From Candidatus Multivoradales bacterium (GTDB taxonomy: Bacteria > Acidobacteriota > Thermoanaerobaculia > Multivoradales > JAHEKO01): a stretch of 64,000 nt of DNA. Positions 10,301 to 20,755 of this stretch are shown here, piece by piece; within the stretch, counting starts at the first letter, position 1, and every line of letters starts with the position of its first letter. The notes beneath the pieces are model-generated. The model was not told the origin of the DNA, made no database searches, and saw only the letters and a list, made by a program, of their open reading frames with translations. The stretch covers positions 3,264,001 through 3,328,000 of the forward strand of contig CBDFIJ010000004.1 of NCBI GenBank assembly GCA_965248055.1, read 5' to 3'. The position numbers and the translations under genes were made by a program.

Positions 10301-11482
10301 TTGAAGATTCACGAATACCAAGCGAAATCCATCCTGCGCCAATTTGGGGTCGAAACACCCCGTGGCGAGGTGGCTGAGAGCGCTGATCGAGCCGCTGAGA
10401 TCTGTCAAGAGCTAGGCGGGCGTTGTGTCATCAAGGCGCAGATTCACGCCGGTGGCCGGGGCAAGGGCGGAGGCGTCAAGCTAGCCGCCAACCCGGAAGA
10501 AGCGAAGACCATTGCCGGAGAAATCCTGGGGATGCAGTTGGTGACCCACCAGACTGGACCCGGAGGCCAATTGGTGCGTCAGGTGCTGGTTGAAGAGGCC
10601 CTGGAAATCGCCCAAGAACTGTACGTCGCCGTGACCTTGGACCGGGCCAGCGGCAAGCCGGTGGTCATGGCCTCGTCCGCCGGCGGCATGGATATCGAAG
10701 AAGTTGCTGCTGAAACCCCCGAGGCGATCACCCGCGAACCGATCGACCCTCACTTGGGTCTGCAACCTTTTCAAGCTCGCGGCATTGCCAACTTTCTCGG
10801 GCTCAAAGGCAAGACCGCTCGTCAGGCTGCCAAATTGATCAGTTCCCTGGTGCGCGCGTATCTTGAGACCGACTCTTCGCTGGCCGAGATCAACCCTCTA
10901 CTGGTGACTGGCGATGGCGACGTGATGGCGCTGGACGCCAAGATCAACTTCGACGACAACGCACTGTTTCGCCATCCCGATATCAAAAAGATGCGCGATC
11001 TGAACGAAGAAGATCCGTTGGAGGTCGAAGCCTCGAAGTTCGGCCTCAACTACATCAAGCTGGATGGCGAAATTGGTTGCATGGTCAACGGTGCTGGGCT
11101 GGCGATGGCGACCATGGACATCATCAACCTTTACGGTGCCGAGCCCGCCAACTTCCTGGATGTAGGTGGTTCGGCGAGCCAAGAGGCGGTTGAGAATGCC
11201 TTTCGTATTCTGGTTTCCGACCCCAACGTTAAGGCAGTGTTGATTAACATCTTTGGTGGTATCGCGCGTACCGATCGCATCGCTGCTGGAGTGGTCGCAG
11301 CGCTGAAGAGTCTGGGAGACGTCGACATGCCGGTCGTGGTTCGCCTAGAGGGCACCAACGTCGAGCAGGGCCGGGCGATTCTGCATGCTGCGGACTACGA
11401 CTTCATCGTTGCCGCTCACATGGCTGACGCGGCAGAGAAAGTGGTGGCGGGCTCCAAGGCGCGAAACCGCGAAGGAGCCTAA
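10301..11482 (+). CDS. sucC: succinyl-CoA synthetase beta subunit
   Basis: [22 protein letters not shown] and [13 protein letters not shown]. Confidence 0.97.
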   Translation: MKIHEYQAKSILRQFGVETPRGEVAESADRAAEICQELGGRCVIKAQIHAGGRGKGGGVKLAANPEEAKTIAGEILGMQLVTHQTGPGGQLVRQVLVEEALEIAQELYVAVTLDRASGKPVVMASSAGGMDIEEVAAETPEAITREPIDPHLGLQPFQARGIANFLGLKGKTARQAAKLISSLVRAYLETDSSLAEINPLLVTGDGDVMALDAKINFDDNALFRHPDIKKMRDLNEEDPLEVEASKFGLNYIKLDGEIGCMVNGAGLAMATMDIINLYGAEPANFLDVGGSASQEAVENAFRILVSDPNVKAVLINIFGGIARTDRIAAGVVAALKSLGDVDMPVVVRLEGTNVEQGRAILHAADYDFIVAAHMADAAEKVVAGSKARNREGA

Positions 11483-11485
11483 GAA

Positions 11486-12355
11486 ATGGCTATTTGGTTG
11501 AATCAAGACACCCGCCTGTTGGTGCAGGGAATCACCGGCAAGGAAGGGGAATTCCATGCCTTGGGATGCCGCGATTATGGCACCCAGGTGGTTGGCGGGG
11601 TCACCCCCGGCAAGGGCGGTCAGGACGTCCAGGGCATCCCGGTTTACGACACCGTGGCCGAGGCCCGGGAGCAGACCGGTTGCAACGCCACCATGATTTT
11701 TGTTCCACCTCCGTTTGCCGCTGACGCGGTGATGGAAGCGGCTGCTGCTGGCGTTGAGTTGGTGGTGTGCATCACTGAGGGCATTCCGGTTGCCGACATG
11801 CTCAAGGTCAAGGCTTTCCTGCGCGACCATCCGACCCGTTTGGTCGGTCCCAACTGCCCGGGCGTGATCAGTCCTGGTTTGGGCAAGATCGGCATCATGC
11901 CGGGACACATTCACAAGCAAGGATCGATCGGCGTCGTCAGTCGTTCTGGCACCTTGACATACGAGGCGGTTTGGCAGTTGACCAACGAGAGTCTTGGTCA
12001 GTCCACCTGTGTTGGCATTGGCGGAGATCCGGTGCAAGGAACCAACTTCATCGACGTGCTCGCAGCCTTTGCCGACGACCCCGACACCGAAGGGGTGGTG
12101 ATGATTGGTGAGATTGGCGGCAGCGCTGAAGAACAAGCAGCGGCCTGGGTGGCGGAAAATTATCACCGCCCGGTGGTCGGTTTTGTCGCCGGTCGGACCG
12201 CACCTCCAGGGCGACGCATGGGCCACGCGGGAGCGATTGTCTCCGGCGGTTCGGGAACTGCATCAGCCAAAATGGAAGCTATGCAACAAGCTGGCATTCA
12301 CGTGGTCGAATCACCCGCCGATCTTGGCTCGAGAATGCGGTCGCTGCTGGGATAG
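11486..12355 (+). CDS. sucD: succinyl-CoA synthetase alpha subunit
   Basis: [23 protein letters not shown] and RMGHAGA. Confidence 0.97.
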   Translation: MAIWLNQDTRLLVQGITGKEGEFHALGCRDYGTQVVGGVTPGKGGQDVQGIPVYDTVAEAREQTGCNATMIFVPPPFAADAVMEAAAAGVELVVCITEGIPVADMLKVKAFLRDHPTRLVGPNCPGVISPGLGKIGIMPGHIHKQGSIGVVSRSGTLTYEAVWQLTNESLGQSTCVGIGGDPVQGTNFIDVLAAFADDPDTEGVVMIGEIGGSAEEQAAAWVAENYHRPVVGFVAGRTAPPGRRMGHAGAIVSGGSGTASAKMEAMQQAGIHVVESPADLGSRMRSLLG

Positions 12356-12422
12356 ACCAACACAATTTATGCTGAGGACAATAGTCGAAAGACAATAGCT
12401 ACAACTCGAGGAGAGCAAGAAC

Positions 12423-12848
12423 GTGGATACCACCCTGACGATCATCAAACCCGACGCGGTTGCCGCTGGCAATGCTGGCAACATCCTGGCCCATCTGGAG
12501 CGTGGCGGGTTTCATATTTTGGCGGTCAAGCGCCTGACCCTGAGCAAAGCCCAAGCAGAGGGTTTCTACACAGTGCATAGCGCGCGACCGTTTTTCGATA
12601 GCTTGGTCGAGTTCATGACCAGTGGCCCGGTGATTCCTGCGGTGCTGACCGCTCCCGACGCCGTTCCTAAGCTGCGCCAAGCGATGGGTGCGACCAACCC
12701 TGACGACGCGGACGAGGGCACCATCCGTAAGCTCTACGCCAGCTCAATTGAAAAGAACGCTATTCATGGCAGCGATTCGGCGGAGAACGCAGAGATTGAG
12801 AAGCAATTTTTCTTCTCTCGCGCCGAACTGATCGCAGCGGGGGCATAG
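12423..12848 (+). CDS. ndk: nucleoside diphosphate kinase
   Basis: IIKPDAV, FMTSGP, GTIR and NAIHGSDS. Confidence 0.97.
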   Translation: MDTTLTIIKPDAVAAGNAGNILAHLERGGFHILAVKRLTLSKAQAEGFYTVHSARPFFDSLVEFMTSGPVIPAVLTAPDAVPKLRQAMGATNPDDADEGTIRKLYASSIEKNAIHGSDSAENAEIEKQFFFSRAELIAAGA

Positions 12849-12856
12849 CTATTTCA

Positions 12857-14377
12857 GTGCCCTCTCGCTCGCGGACTGGTGGTCGCAGTGGAGGTTCCCA
12901 ATCCGGGGACGGAAGATCCGGAAAAGCGAAGCCTGGAGTGCGGCGACCACACCATTCGCAACCCAACAAGCCGCAGGTTCCTAGTGGGGCAGTCGCCGAG
13001 ACCGTGATGGCGCACCACGCGCATCCGATTACCAGCCGCGACATTCAATCGAACGCCCTGCGCATCCTCCATCGGCTACGCAGTCATGGCTACAAGGCTT
13101 ACGTGGTTGGCGGTGCAGTCCGCGATCTGTTGATTGGCGGCAAGCCCAAAGATTTTGACGTTGGCACCGACGCCACTCCCGGCCAAATTCGTCGCCTATT
13201 TCGCAACTCGCGCATCATCGGGCGACGCTTCAAACTGGTTCACGTCTACTTCAGCGACGGGATTATCGAGGTCTCCACGTTTCGTGGAGTCCCCAATCCC
13301 AAGCATCAAGATGATGACGGCCCGATTACCAATGACAACAGCTACGGTACTCCGGCTGAAGACGCTGTACGCCGCGATTTCACCGTCAATGCCCTGTTTT
13401 ACGACTACGCCAGCGGTGAGGTCATCGATCACGTTAACGGGTTGGCAGACATCGAACGGCAATTGATCCGTTCCATCGGTCCGGCGGTAGAGCGATTTCG
13501 CGAGGACCCGGTGCGCATGCTGCGTGCCTGTGAATTTGCCGCTCGGCTTGGCTTCAGCCTCGACGAAGAAGTTCAGGACGCCATTCAGAGCGAGCGACTG
13601 TGGTTGGAACACGCCGCCCCCGCCCGTCTGACCGAAGAGCTGCTGCAACTGCTGGGTTGTGGCTCCTTCAGCGTTGCATTGCAGTGGATGACCGACCTTG
13701 ACCTAGCTTCGATCTACCTGCCAGGTCTGCGCTTCAGCGCGGCCACGCCTCAGAGCCGGAAAGCGGGGGAGTTCTATCAAGAGCTGGATCGCCGGGTGCA
13801 GGAAAAGGATCGTCCCTCGGACGCAGCATTGCTGGGCGCCCTGCTTCTGCCGGTGGTCGAGGCCGACCTGCGGGCGTGGGAACGAAAGCATCCAAATCAG
13901 CACGGCGGGCAGCAAGCCAATGAGAAAGCCAGTAGGAGAGCCAGTAAGACGGCCAGTGAGAAACGGCCTCCTCAGAAAGACGGTGATAATCGACCGCAGG
14001 GCGCCCCCAGCGAACCCACCGTCGCCCCGCCAGCTGTCGTTCGCCAGACCGTCATCCACCGCCTCAACCTGTTATCGGCCGGCTTCGAGTTCTCCAACGC
14101 GCGCACCCACGACACCGTCTCCGCCTTGGTCGGATTTGGCCGCATGCGTCGTCCCGATCTACCATTCGCCCAGCGCCTCCAACTGGGCCGCAAACCGTAC
14201 TTTCCCGACGCCCTAGAACTGTGGGAACTCTACGCCGCAGTCTCTGGCATCGATCGGAAAGAAATTGACCAATGGCACCGTGCCGCCGGAGAATCCCGTA
14301 GTCGTCGGCCTCCCAAGCGGCCCCAACGCGATGGCATGCCGCGTCGCCGTCGTGGTCGTCCCGCACAGCGTCGTTAG
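12857..14377 (+). CDS. pcnB: poly(A) polymerase
   Basis: VGGAVRDLL, DFDVGT, IIGRRFKLVHV, RRDFTVNAL and EDPVRMLRA; Arg-rich tail. Confidence 0.9.
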   Translation: MPSRSRTGGRSGGSQSGDGRSGKAKPGVRRPHHSQPNKPQVPSGAVAETVMAHHAHPITSRDIQSNALRILHRLRSHGYKAYVVGGAVRDLLIGGKPKDFDVGTDATPGQIRRLFRNSRIIGRRFKLVHVYFSDGIIEVSTFRGVPNPKHQDDDGPITNDNSYGTPAEDAVRRDFTVNALFYDYASGEVIDHVNGLADIERQLIRSIGPAVERFREDPVRMLRACEFAARLGFSLDEEVQDAIQSERLWLEHAAPARLTEELLQLLGCGSFSVALQWMTDLDLASIYLPGLRFSAATPQSRKAGEFYQELDRRVQEKDRPSDAALLGALLLPVVEADLRAWERKHPNQHGGQQANEKASRRASKTASEKRPPQKDGDNRPQGAPSEPTVAPPAVVRQTVIHRLNLLSAGFEFSNARTHDTVSALVGFGRMRRPDLPFAQRLQLGRKPYFPDALELWELYAAVSGIDRKEIDQWHRAAGESRSRRPPKRPQRDGMPRRRRGRPAQRR

Positions 14378-14531
14378 CCGCATCATCCCCGAAGAGTTTC
14401 AAAGCACGGATGTCATCCCCGTAGGGGGAGCACGGGCGGGGACCTTTCCCAGTCACCACCAGATCCCGGCCCCGCACCCTCCCCCCGCCGGGACGACGAG
14501 CGGATCCCGGCCCCCCTCCCAGCCTCGCGCC

Positions 14532-14643
14532 GGGATGACGTGGACTGTTGTATCCGCCTGGGATGACGTGGACTGGCGTATCCGCCTGGGATGACGTGGA
14601 CTGGCGTATCCGCCTGGGATGACGTGGACTGTTGTATCCGCTT
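14532..14643 (+). repeat. 4 x 28-bp tandem repeat GGGATGACGTGGACTG(TT/GC)GTATCCGCCT
   Basis: Four head-to-tail copies read directly, with no spacers. Confidence 0.92.
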
Positions 14644-14762
14644 ACCGTTTAGCCGTCTCCCTGGGAGGGTTAACCCCTTCGTCATCCCCGTAGGGCAGGA
14701 CAACCGCCATCCGTCCGCTTCGAGGGCATTGTCCAGAAAATCAGCGCCCGCCTTCCATCTTT

Positions 14763-14846
14763 GTCATCCCGAGTGTAGTCGAGGGATCTCGATGTTCGGC
14801 TAATTGAGATCCTTGGACTCGGGCTGTGCCCTCGCTCAGGATGACA
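14763..14846. repeat. inverted pair of GTCATCC...GGATCTC repeats
   Basis: gtcatcccgagtgtagtcgagggatctc followed by an inverted copy gagatcc...caggatgac. Confidence 0.7.
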
Positions 14847-14867
14847 ATCCGTGCGGCGAAATCCTCC

Positions 14868-14892
14868 GTAGGAGAGGGGTTTAGCCCCTCCC
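14868..14892 (+). repeat. GTAG-type REP element
   Basis: GTAG followed by the palindrome gagggg-ttta(g)-cccctc. Confidence 0.7.
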
Positions 14893-15001
14893 TTCTTCTA
14901 GTCCAGCCCCACACCAAGACACCCAACCTACCCAGTAGACTTCGGGGTGGCGTCGGAATCAGTTTATTCAAGGTTGTGCGAGATTGGCATAGAGTTAGTT
15001 C

Positions 15002-15463
15002 ATGTCTTTACCCTGGAGTCTTGAAGGGGAGATCGAGATTGAGAAGGTAGGTAGTCCAGCCCTTGTGGCGCAGCGTCTCGTCGAAGCCCTGCGGAGCGAG
15101 AAAGCGGCTCATGTTGAGCTGGACGGACAGAACATCAACTTCATGGCGGGCGCATTCAGATTTGTTTCAAGTTGGAACATTCTTGTCCCGTTCAGGACTG
15201 GCTCAATTACGGTTGCAGGAAATGAAGCTCGTATCGTTCTTCGCTACAAGGGCTCGTTTCGCGAGATGCTAATAGTGTGTTCTTTGATGGCTTCGGTTGT
15301 CCTGTTTTTCTCTGTGATCTCCGCCGTGCAACATGAAGGATCGGTTCTTGAAGCGCTGTTCCTTGGCGTTGTTGCGTGGCTGTGGTTGTACGGTGGAAAC
15401 GCGGCCATCGCCGCATTTTGTTGGCCCAGGTGGCTTGCTAGGACTGCCCGCGGAGAGCACTAA
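15002..15463 (+). CDS. hypothetical membrane protein
   Basis: 153-aa ORF with two C-terminal TM helices; lies between two REPs. Confidence 0.6.
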   Translation: MSLPWSLEGEIEIEKVGSPALVAQRLVEALRSEKAAHVELDGQNINFMAGAFRFVSSWNILVPFRTGSITVAGNEARIVLRYKGSFREMLIVCSLMASVVLFFSVISAVQHEGSVLEALFLGVVAWLWLYGGNAAIAAFCWPRWLARTARGEH

Positions 15464-15521
15464 GGTGACGTTCCACAGAGCAAGGTGATGCTTCTTCGCT
15501 TCGTAGATTCTCTGTTCGGGG

Positions 15522-16526
15522 TCAATGGTTAATAACGACATTTGGGAAGAGCTTTGTAGCGTCAAAGTCAGTGGCGTGTGTCCAGATTCCATGAATGGCG
15601 TGGAGTAGTTTTCTCATGATGGCGACAATCGCTTGCATGGGTTTTAGTCCTCGTTGTTGGAGACTGAGATAGAAACTTCGACAGTGAGGATTGGCCCTCG
15701 CAGCCGAGAGAGCGGGCATGTAGAGAGCCTGTCTAAGGCGTGAGTTTCCGGTCTTGGAGATTCTTCGTGGTTTGTTGACAGAGGAGCCGGATTCGACCGG
15801 TTTCGGATCGAGTCCGGCATGAGCGACCCATTGCCTAGGGGTGAGCTCTTTGGGCAGCACTGCGAGTTCGGCAAGAATCCGAGATGCGCTCTTGGGTCCG
15901 ATTCCCGGGATACTCAGCAGGAATTGATAACGTATCTTGAGTTTGGTCTGGTTGTTGATGAGTTTGAGTGCCTGTTTGTCGAGCCGATCGATTTCCCGAT
16001 TCAGTACAACGATTTGGCGATTAAGACTTTGGCTTACAGCTGCCGGAATCGTTCTAGAGGCAGATGCAGCATGGAGTCGGTTCTTCTCCTCTGTTCGTTG
16101 TTGAGTCAATGCCAGGATGCGGCGGGTGATGGACCTTAGGGCCAGTTCTTGGTCACCAGGTGGCTGGAACTCTTCAAACGGCATGCGTTGAGCAAACTGA
16201 CAAAGCATTTCCGCGTCGATGCGGTCGGTCTTGGCTCTTTTCATCAAAGCTTCAGCGAAACGGCGAGCAGCACGAGGGTTGGCAACCATGACCTCAACAC
16301 CTGTGGTTTTGCACAGAGTGAAGGTCAGATCTTGACCGTACACTCCGGTGGCTTCCAGGACCGCTTGAACGGGCCGTTCTTGTCTCTTGAGCCAAGCGGC
16401 CAGCTGGCGAATACCGGACGCAGTATTTGCAAACTGTCGCCTCTCAAGCTTGCCTGAGGCAAGCTTGAGACATAGCTCAAAGGACTTGGCGCTGACTTCG
16501 ATTCCGCAGGGCAGTGGCTTCTTCAT
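15522..16526 (-). CDS. IS110 family transposase/bridge recombinase
   Basis: GIEVS, LEATG, KTDRIDA, SIPGIG, ESGSS and RKLL motifs. Confidence 0.93.
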   Translation of the reverse strand: MKKPLPCGIEVSAKSFELCLKLASGKLERRQFANTASGIRQLAAWLKRQERPVQAVLEATGVYGQDLTFTLCKTTGVEVMVANPRAARRFAEALMKRAKTDRIDAEMLCQFAQRMPFEEFQPPGDQELALRSITRRILALTQQRTEEKNRLHAASASRTIPAAVSQSLNRQIVVLNREIDRLDKQALKLINNQTKLKIRYQFLLSIPGIGPKSASRILAELAVLPKELTPRQWVAHAGLDPKPVESGSSVNKPRRISKTGNSRLRQALYMPALSAARANPHCRSFYLSLQQRGLKPMQAIVAIMRKLLHAIHGIWTHATDFDATKLFPNVVINH

Positions 16527-16579
16527 CGTTTTCTCCTTTCGGTTACACTGTCCCTTCGGCTCCCTGACCTTGGGTAACT

Positions 16580-16712
16580 CTCGCACCGACCTTGTGAATG
16601 CAGGCTCTAGGGCCTCAGATTCTCTCCGGCGTTCGAGAGGTAAGGCAGGGAGCTGATCTACGTACAGGCTCAGGGCCTAAGGGGCGGGACAGCTTCCCTG
16701 CCGAAGAGACTC
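16580..16712 (-). ncRNA. putative bridge RNA (target-binding loop plus donor-binding loop); ends approximate
   Basis: GGCAGGGA/TCCCTGCC stem; guide segments match the element's own end 9/9 and the flanking REP 8/9 plus 5/5. Confidence 0.8.
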
Positions 16713-16865
16713 ATCTCCACAAACATACAAGGGGAGGGGTTTACCCCCTCCCGTCTTGGGATTCAGGCACACGCCAAAATGCTCCACCTACCCTGGTGAA
16801 ACATCACCTCCAACTGCGATAAGCTGAACCGGCCCGAAAGGGGCCCCGAGACGGGCGAAAGACCT

Positions 16866-17543
16866 ATGCGATCACCACTCAGTTTCTTCCAATCAGCAGT
16901 CGGCAAGAAGACCGTCATGGCGGTTACCGGCATCATGTTGTTCGGCTTTGTGCTCGGCCATATGGTGGGCAATCTCAAGCTCTACTTGGGCGCGGAAAGC
17001 CTCAACCACTACGCGGAATTCCTGCGTGAATTTGGCTATCCGCTGTTGCCGCACATGGCCTTTCTGTGGATTGCCCGTATTGGATTGTTGGCCGCGGTAG
17101 GACTGCACATTTGGTCCGCCTGGGCGGTGACCCGAATGAGCCGCGCCGCACGACCTCACAAATACCTGAAGCGCGAATCGGTGGCCGCGACCTATGCCTC
17201 GCGCACTATGCGCTGGGGTGGGGTGATCCTGATTCTTTTCATCATCTACCACCTGCTGCACTTGACGGTGGGCAACGTCCACCCGGATTTCGTCCACGGC
17301 GAGGTCTACCGCAATCTGATTACCAGCTTGAGCGTTCCTTGGGTGGCGGGCTTCTACATCTTGGCCAATATCTTCCTCGGCATGCACCTATACCACGGCC
17401 TGTGGAGCATGTTTCAGACTCTCGGCTGGTCCGTCGACAAGAACAATGACTGGCGCCGTAAATTTGCCGGTGCTTTCGCCCTACTGGTCACTCTTGGCAA
17501 CCTTTCATTTCCCATCGCGATTCTCACCGGACTGGTTTCATAA
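16866..17543 (+). CDS. sdhC: succinate dehydrogenase cytochrome b558 subunit
   Basis: [23 protein letters not shown] and [14 protein letters not shown]. Confidence 0.92.
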   Translation: MRSPLSFFQSAVGKKTVMAVTGIMLFGFVLGHMVGNLKLYLGAESLNHYAEFLREFGYPLLPHMAFLWIARIGLLAAVGLHIWSAWAVTRMSRAARPHKYLKRESVAATYASRTMRWGGVILILFIIYHLLHLTVGNVHPDFVHGEVYRNLITSLSVPWVAGFYILANIFLGMHLYHGLWSMFQTLGWSVDKNNDWRRKFAGAFALLVTLGNLSFPIAILTGLVS

Positions 17544-19471
17544 TGGCTTTCAACGGCACACTCGACCCGCAGGTACCCGACTATCCGATAGAGGAGATGT
17601 GGCGCCGCACTCGCTTTGACCTCAAGCTGGTCAACCCCGCCAACAAACGCAAGTTCAACATCATCGTCGTCGGCTCTGGCTTGGCCGGCGCTGCCGCCTC
17701 GGCGACCTTGGCGGAACTCGGCTATAACGTGCAGTGCTTCTGCTACCAAGACTCGCCACGCCGGGCTCATTCGATCGCCGCCCAAGGCGGCATCAATGCC
17801 TCCAAGAACTATCAAAACGATGGCGACTCGGTATGGCGGCTGTTCTACGACACCGTCAAAGGCGGTGACTTCCGCTCCCGCGAGGCCAACGTCTATCGCT
17901 TGGCTGAAGTCTCCGGCAACATCATTGACCAAGCGGTGGCCCAAGGCGTCCCCTTCGCTCGTGAATATGGCGGCGCGCTTGATAACCGCTCCTTCGGCGG
18001 CGCCCAGGTGTCGCGCACCTTCTACGCCCGCGGCCAAACCGGGCAACAACTGTTGCTCGGCGCCTATCAAGCTCTGGCACGGCAGATCGGCTTGGGCAAA
18101 GTCGAGATGCACACCCGCACCGAGATGCTCGACGTTATTACTCATGAAGGCCAAGCCTGCGGCATCGTCACCCGCGACATGGTGGGCGGCGAGATCCGTT
18201 CTTGGACCGCCGACGCGGTGGTGCTGGCCACCGGTGGCTACGCCAACGTTTTCTATCTCTCGACCAACGCCAAGGGCTGCAACGTCACCGCGGCTTGGCG
18301 CGCGCACCGTCGCGGCGCCCTGTTTGCCAACCCTTGTTATACCCAGATTCATCCCACCTGCATTCCCCAGGCGGGCGACTACCAGTCCAAGCTCACCTTG
18401 ATGAGTGAATCTTTAAGAAACGACGGTCGCATTTGGGTACCCAAGAACAAGGACGAAGACCGCAAACCAGTCGATATTCCGGAAGACCAGCGCGACTACT
18501 TCCTCGAACGCCGCTATCCGGCCTTCGGCAACCTGGTGCCCCGCGACGTCGCCTCCCGCGCCGCCAAGACCATCTGCGATGAAGGTCACGGTGTCGGCGC
18601 CAGTGGCCGCGGCGTCTACTTGGACTTTGCCGATGCCACCAACCGGCTCGGGCGCGACGCCATCGAAGATCGTTACGGCAACCTGTTTGACATGTACCAC
18701 GACATCACCGGTGAGGACCCGTACAGCTCGCCGATGCGCATCTACCCGGCACCGCACTACACCATGGGCGGCCTGTGGGTGGACTACAACCTGATGACCA
18801 CCGTGCCCGGCCTCTACGCCATCGGCGAATGCAACTTCTCAGATCACGGTGCCAATCGTCTGGGGGCTTCAGCACTGATGCAGGGGCTGGCCGACGGCTA
18901 CTTCGTACTGCCCAACACCATCGGCAACTATCTCTCTGAGCGCATGGGCGAAGAAGTGATCTCAACCGACCACGACGCCTGCAAGGCGGTCGAGGCCGAC
19001 GTCCGTGAACGCACCGAGCGCTTGCTCTCGGTCAACGGCAGCCGCTCGGTGGATTCCTTCCACCGCGAGCTGGGCAAGATCTGCTGGGACTTGATCGGCA
19101 TGTCCCGTGACAGTGAAGGCCTCAGAGAAGCCTTGGAAAAGATCCCCACTCTGCGCGAGGAGTACTGGCAAAACGTCAAAGTGCTGGGCAACAACCAGTC
19201 GTTCAACCAGGCCCTAGAAAATGCTGGACGCGTCGCCGACTTCTTTGAACTTGCCGAACTCATGGCACGCGACGCCTTAGACCGCGACGAATCCTGTGGC
19301 GCCCACCTGCGGTTGGAACACCAGACCCCCGGAGGCGAGGCTGAGCGCAACGACCAGGACTACTCCTACTCAGCCGCCTGGGAATACACCGGCCCCGGCA
19401 ACGAACCCAACCTGCACAAAGAACAGCTCGAATTCGAGAACGTACATCTGGCTAGCAGGAGCTACAAGTGA
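17543..19471 (+). CDS. sdhA: succinate dehydrogenase/fumarate reductase flavoprotein
   Basis: [21 protein letters not shown] and [11 protein letters not shown]. Confidence 0.96.
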   Translation: MAFNGTLDPQVPDYPIEEMWRRTRFDLKLVNPANKRKFNIIVVGSGLAGAAASATLAELGYNVQCFCYQDSPRRAHSIAAQGGINASKNYQNDGDSVWRLFYDTVKGGDFRSREANVYRLAEVSGNIIDQAVAQGVPFAREYGGALDNRSFGGAQVSRTFYARGQTGQQLLLGAYQALARQIGLGKVEMHTRTEMLDVITHEGQACGIVTRDMVGGEIRSWTADAVVLATGGYANVFYLSTNAKGCNVTAAWRAHRRGALFANPCYTQIHPTCIPQAGDYQSKLTLMSESLRNDGRIWVPKNKDEDRKPVDIPEDQRDYFLERRYPAFGNLVPRDVASRAAKTICDEGHGVGASGRGVYLDFADATNRLGRDAIEDRYGNLFDMYHDITGEDPYSSPMRIYPAPHYTMGGLWVDYNLMTTVPGLYAIGECNFSDHGANRLGASALMQGLADGYFVLPNTIGNYLSERMGEEVISTDHDACKAVEADVRERTERLLSVNGSRSVDSFHRELGKICWDLIGMSRDSEGLREALEKIPTLREEYWQNVKVLGNNQSFNQALENAGRVADFFELAELMARDALDRDESCGAHLRLEHQTPGGEAERNDQDYSYSAAWEYTGPGNEPNLHKEQLEFENVHLASRSYK

Positions 19472-19493
19472 CTGTCGCTTGGGTCAAGCGACA

Positions 19494-19788
19494 GTCATCC
19501 CGAGCGGAGGCCCGAAGGGCCGTAGTCGAGGGATCTAGACTTTGCCCATCCACCGATAACCCCGTTGTCACCCAGAGCGGAGCCGCGAAGCGGCGCAGTC
19601 GAAGGATCTCGGTATTGCTCAACCTCATCATTTTGAGCGAGTCACCCCCTCCGTTATTCTCGCATAGGCGTGCCAGTAGAGCCTGCCCCGGCGGGGGGGG
19701 GGGTGTGAGTAGAGCCGGGGTTATCCTGAGCTCGCGCCCCTTTTGTCATCCCGAGCGTAGGTCCGTAGGACCGCAGTCGAGGGATCTC
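19494..19788 (+). repeat. three GTCAYCC-GAGCG-[hairpin]-AGTCGARGGATCT repeats in the sdhA-sdhB spacer
   Basis: Copies at 19494-19536, 19567-19610 and 19745-19788. Confidence 0.8.
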
Positions 19789-19829
19789 AAAAGACCGATG
19801 CACCCCAGACCAGCCTTCATGAGAACCCC

Positions 19830-20558
19830 ATGCGCCTAACCCTCGAAATCTGGAGACAACAAAACGCTGACGCCCAGGGCGGCATCGTCCAGTACCAACT
19901 CAACGACGTCTCATCCGACATGTCGTTTCTGGAAATGCTGGACGTCCTAAACGAGCAACTCACCGAACGCGGCGAAGACCCGGTCGCCTTTGACCACGAC
20001 TGCCGCGAAGGCATCTGCGGCATGTGCGGCGTGATGATCAACGGCCAGGCCCACGGCCCGCTGCCCGAAATGACCACCTGCCAACTACATATGCGCCATT
20101 TCTCCGACGGCGACACCATCCGCATCGAGCCCTGGCGCTCCGCCGCCTTCCCGGTCGTGCGCGATCTAGTGGTCGATCGCGGTCCCTTTGATCGGATCAT
20201 CGAATCCGGCGGCTACATCTCCATCGGCACCGGTGCTGCCCCCGACGCCAACTTGATCCCGGTCCCCAAAGACATCGCCGACCAAGCCATGGACGCCGCC
20301 GAATGCATCGGCTGCGGCGCCTGCGTCGCCCAGTGCCCCAATGGCGCCGCCCAGCTCTTCACTGCTGCCAAGGTCTCCCATCTCGGCCTGCTACCCCAAG
20401 GCCAGCCCGAACGCTCTCGCCGAGTGCAGAGCATGGTCGAAACTATGGAGGAGTACTTCGGCTCGTGCTCGAATTACGGGGAGTGCGAGGCAGTGTGTCC
20501 GAAGGGGATTTCGCTGGAGTTTATTGCCAGGATGAATCGGGATTGGGTGCGGGGGTAG
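19830..20558 (+). CDS. sdhB: succinate dehydrogenase/fumarate reductase iron-sulfur subunit
   Basis: [21 protein letters not shown] and [12 protein letters not shown]. Confidence 0.96.
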   Translation: MRLTLEIWRQQNADAQGGIVQYQLNDVSSDMSFLEMLDVLNEQLTERGEDPVAFDHDCREGICGMCGVMINGQAHGPLPEMTTCQLHMRHFSDGDTIRIEPWRSAAFPVVRDLVVDRGPFDRIIESGGYISIGTGAAPDANLIPVPKDIADQAMDAAECIGCGACVAQCPNGAAQLFTAAKVSHLGLLPQGQPERSRRVQSMVETMEEYFGSCSNYGECEAVCPKGISLEFIARMNRDWVRG

Positions 20559-20755
20559 GTCGGAACCTGACTCGGAAGCGTGGAATGTCGGGCTACTTCC
20601 GAGCACCGCAAATCAGTCAGAAATACTTCCCCTCCGCTTGATAGCAGTATTCAACTGCGCCATACCTCGACGCGCTGCCTGTCGCGATCAGGCACCCACC
20701 TGTTTCGATGCGATACGATTGAAGCATCCGGGGACGGTGTTAAGAGGCTTTTCCA

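Larger units (their letters stand above)
15505..16731 (-). mobile_element. complete IS110-family (IS621-like) element inserted in a REP
   Basis: CT core at both ends on the minus strand; ends read ...AGAGAATCT and CT-TGTAT...; removing the element restores gtaggggaggggtttaccccctccc. Confidence 0.9.

Noticed and set aside
14532-14643. 28-bp repeats as a CRISPR array
   Set aside because: The units are contiguous with no unique spacers, and there are no cas genes in the window.
19468-19839. 123-aa ORF between sdhA and sdhB
   Set aside because: Translation of the repeat sequences, with no protein-like features.
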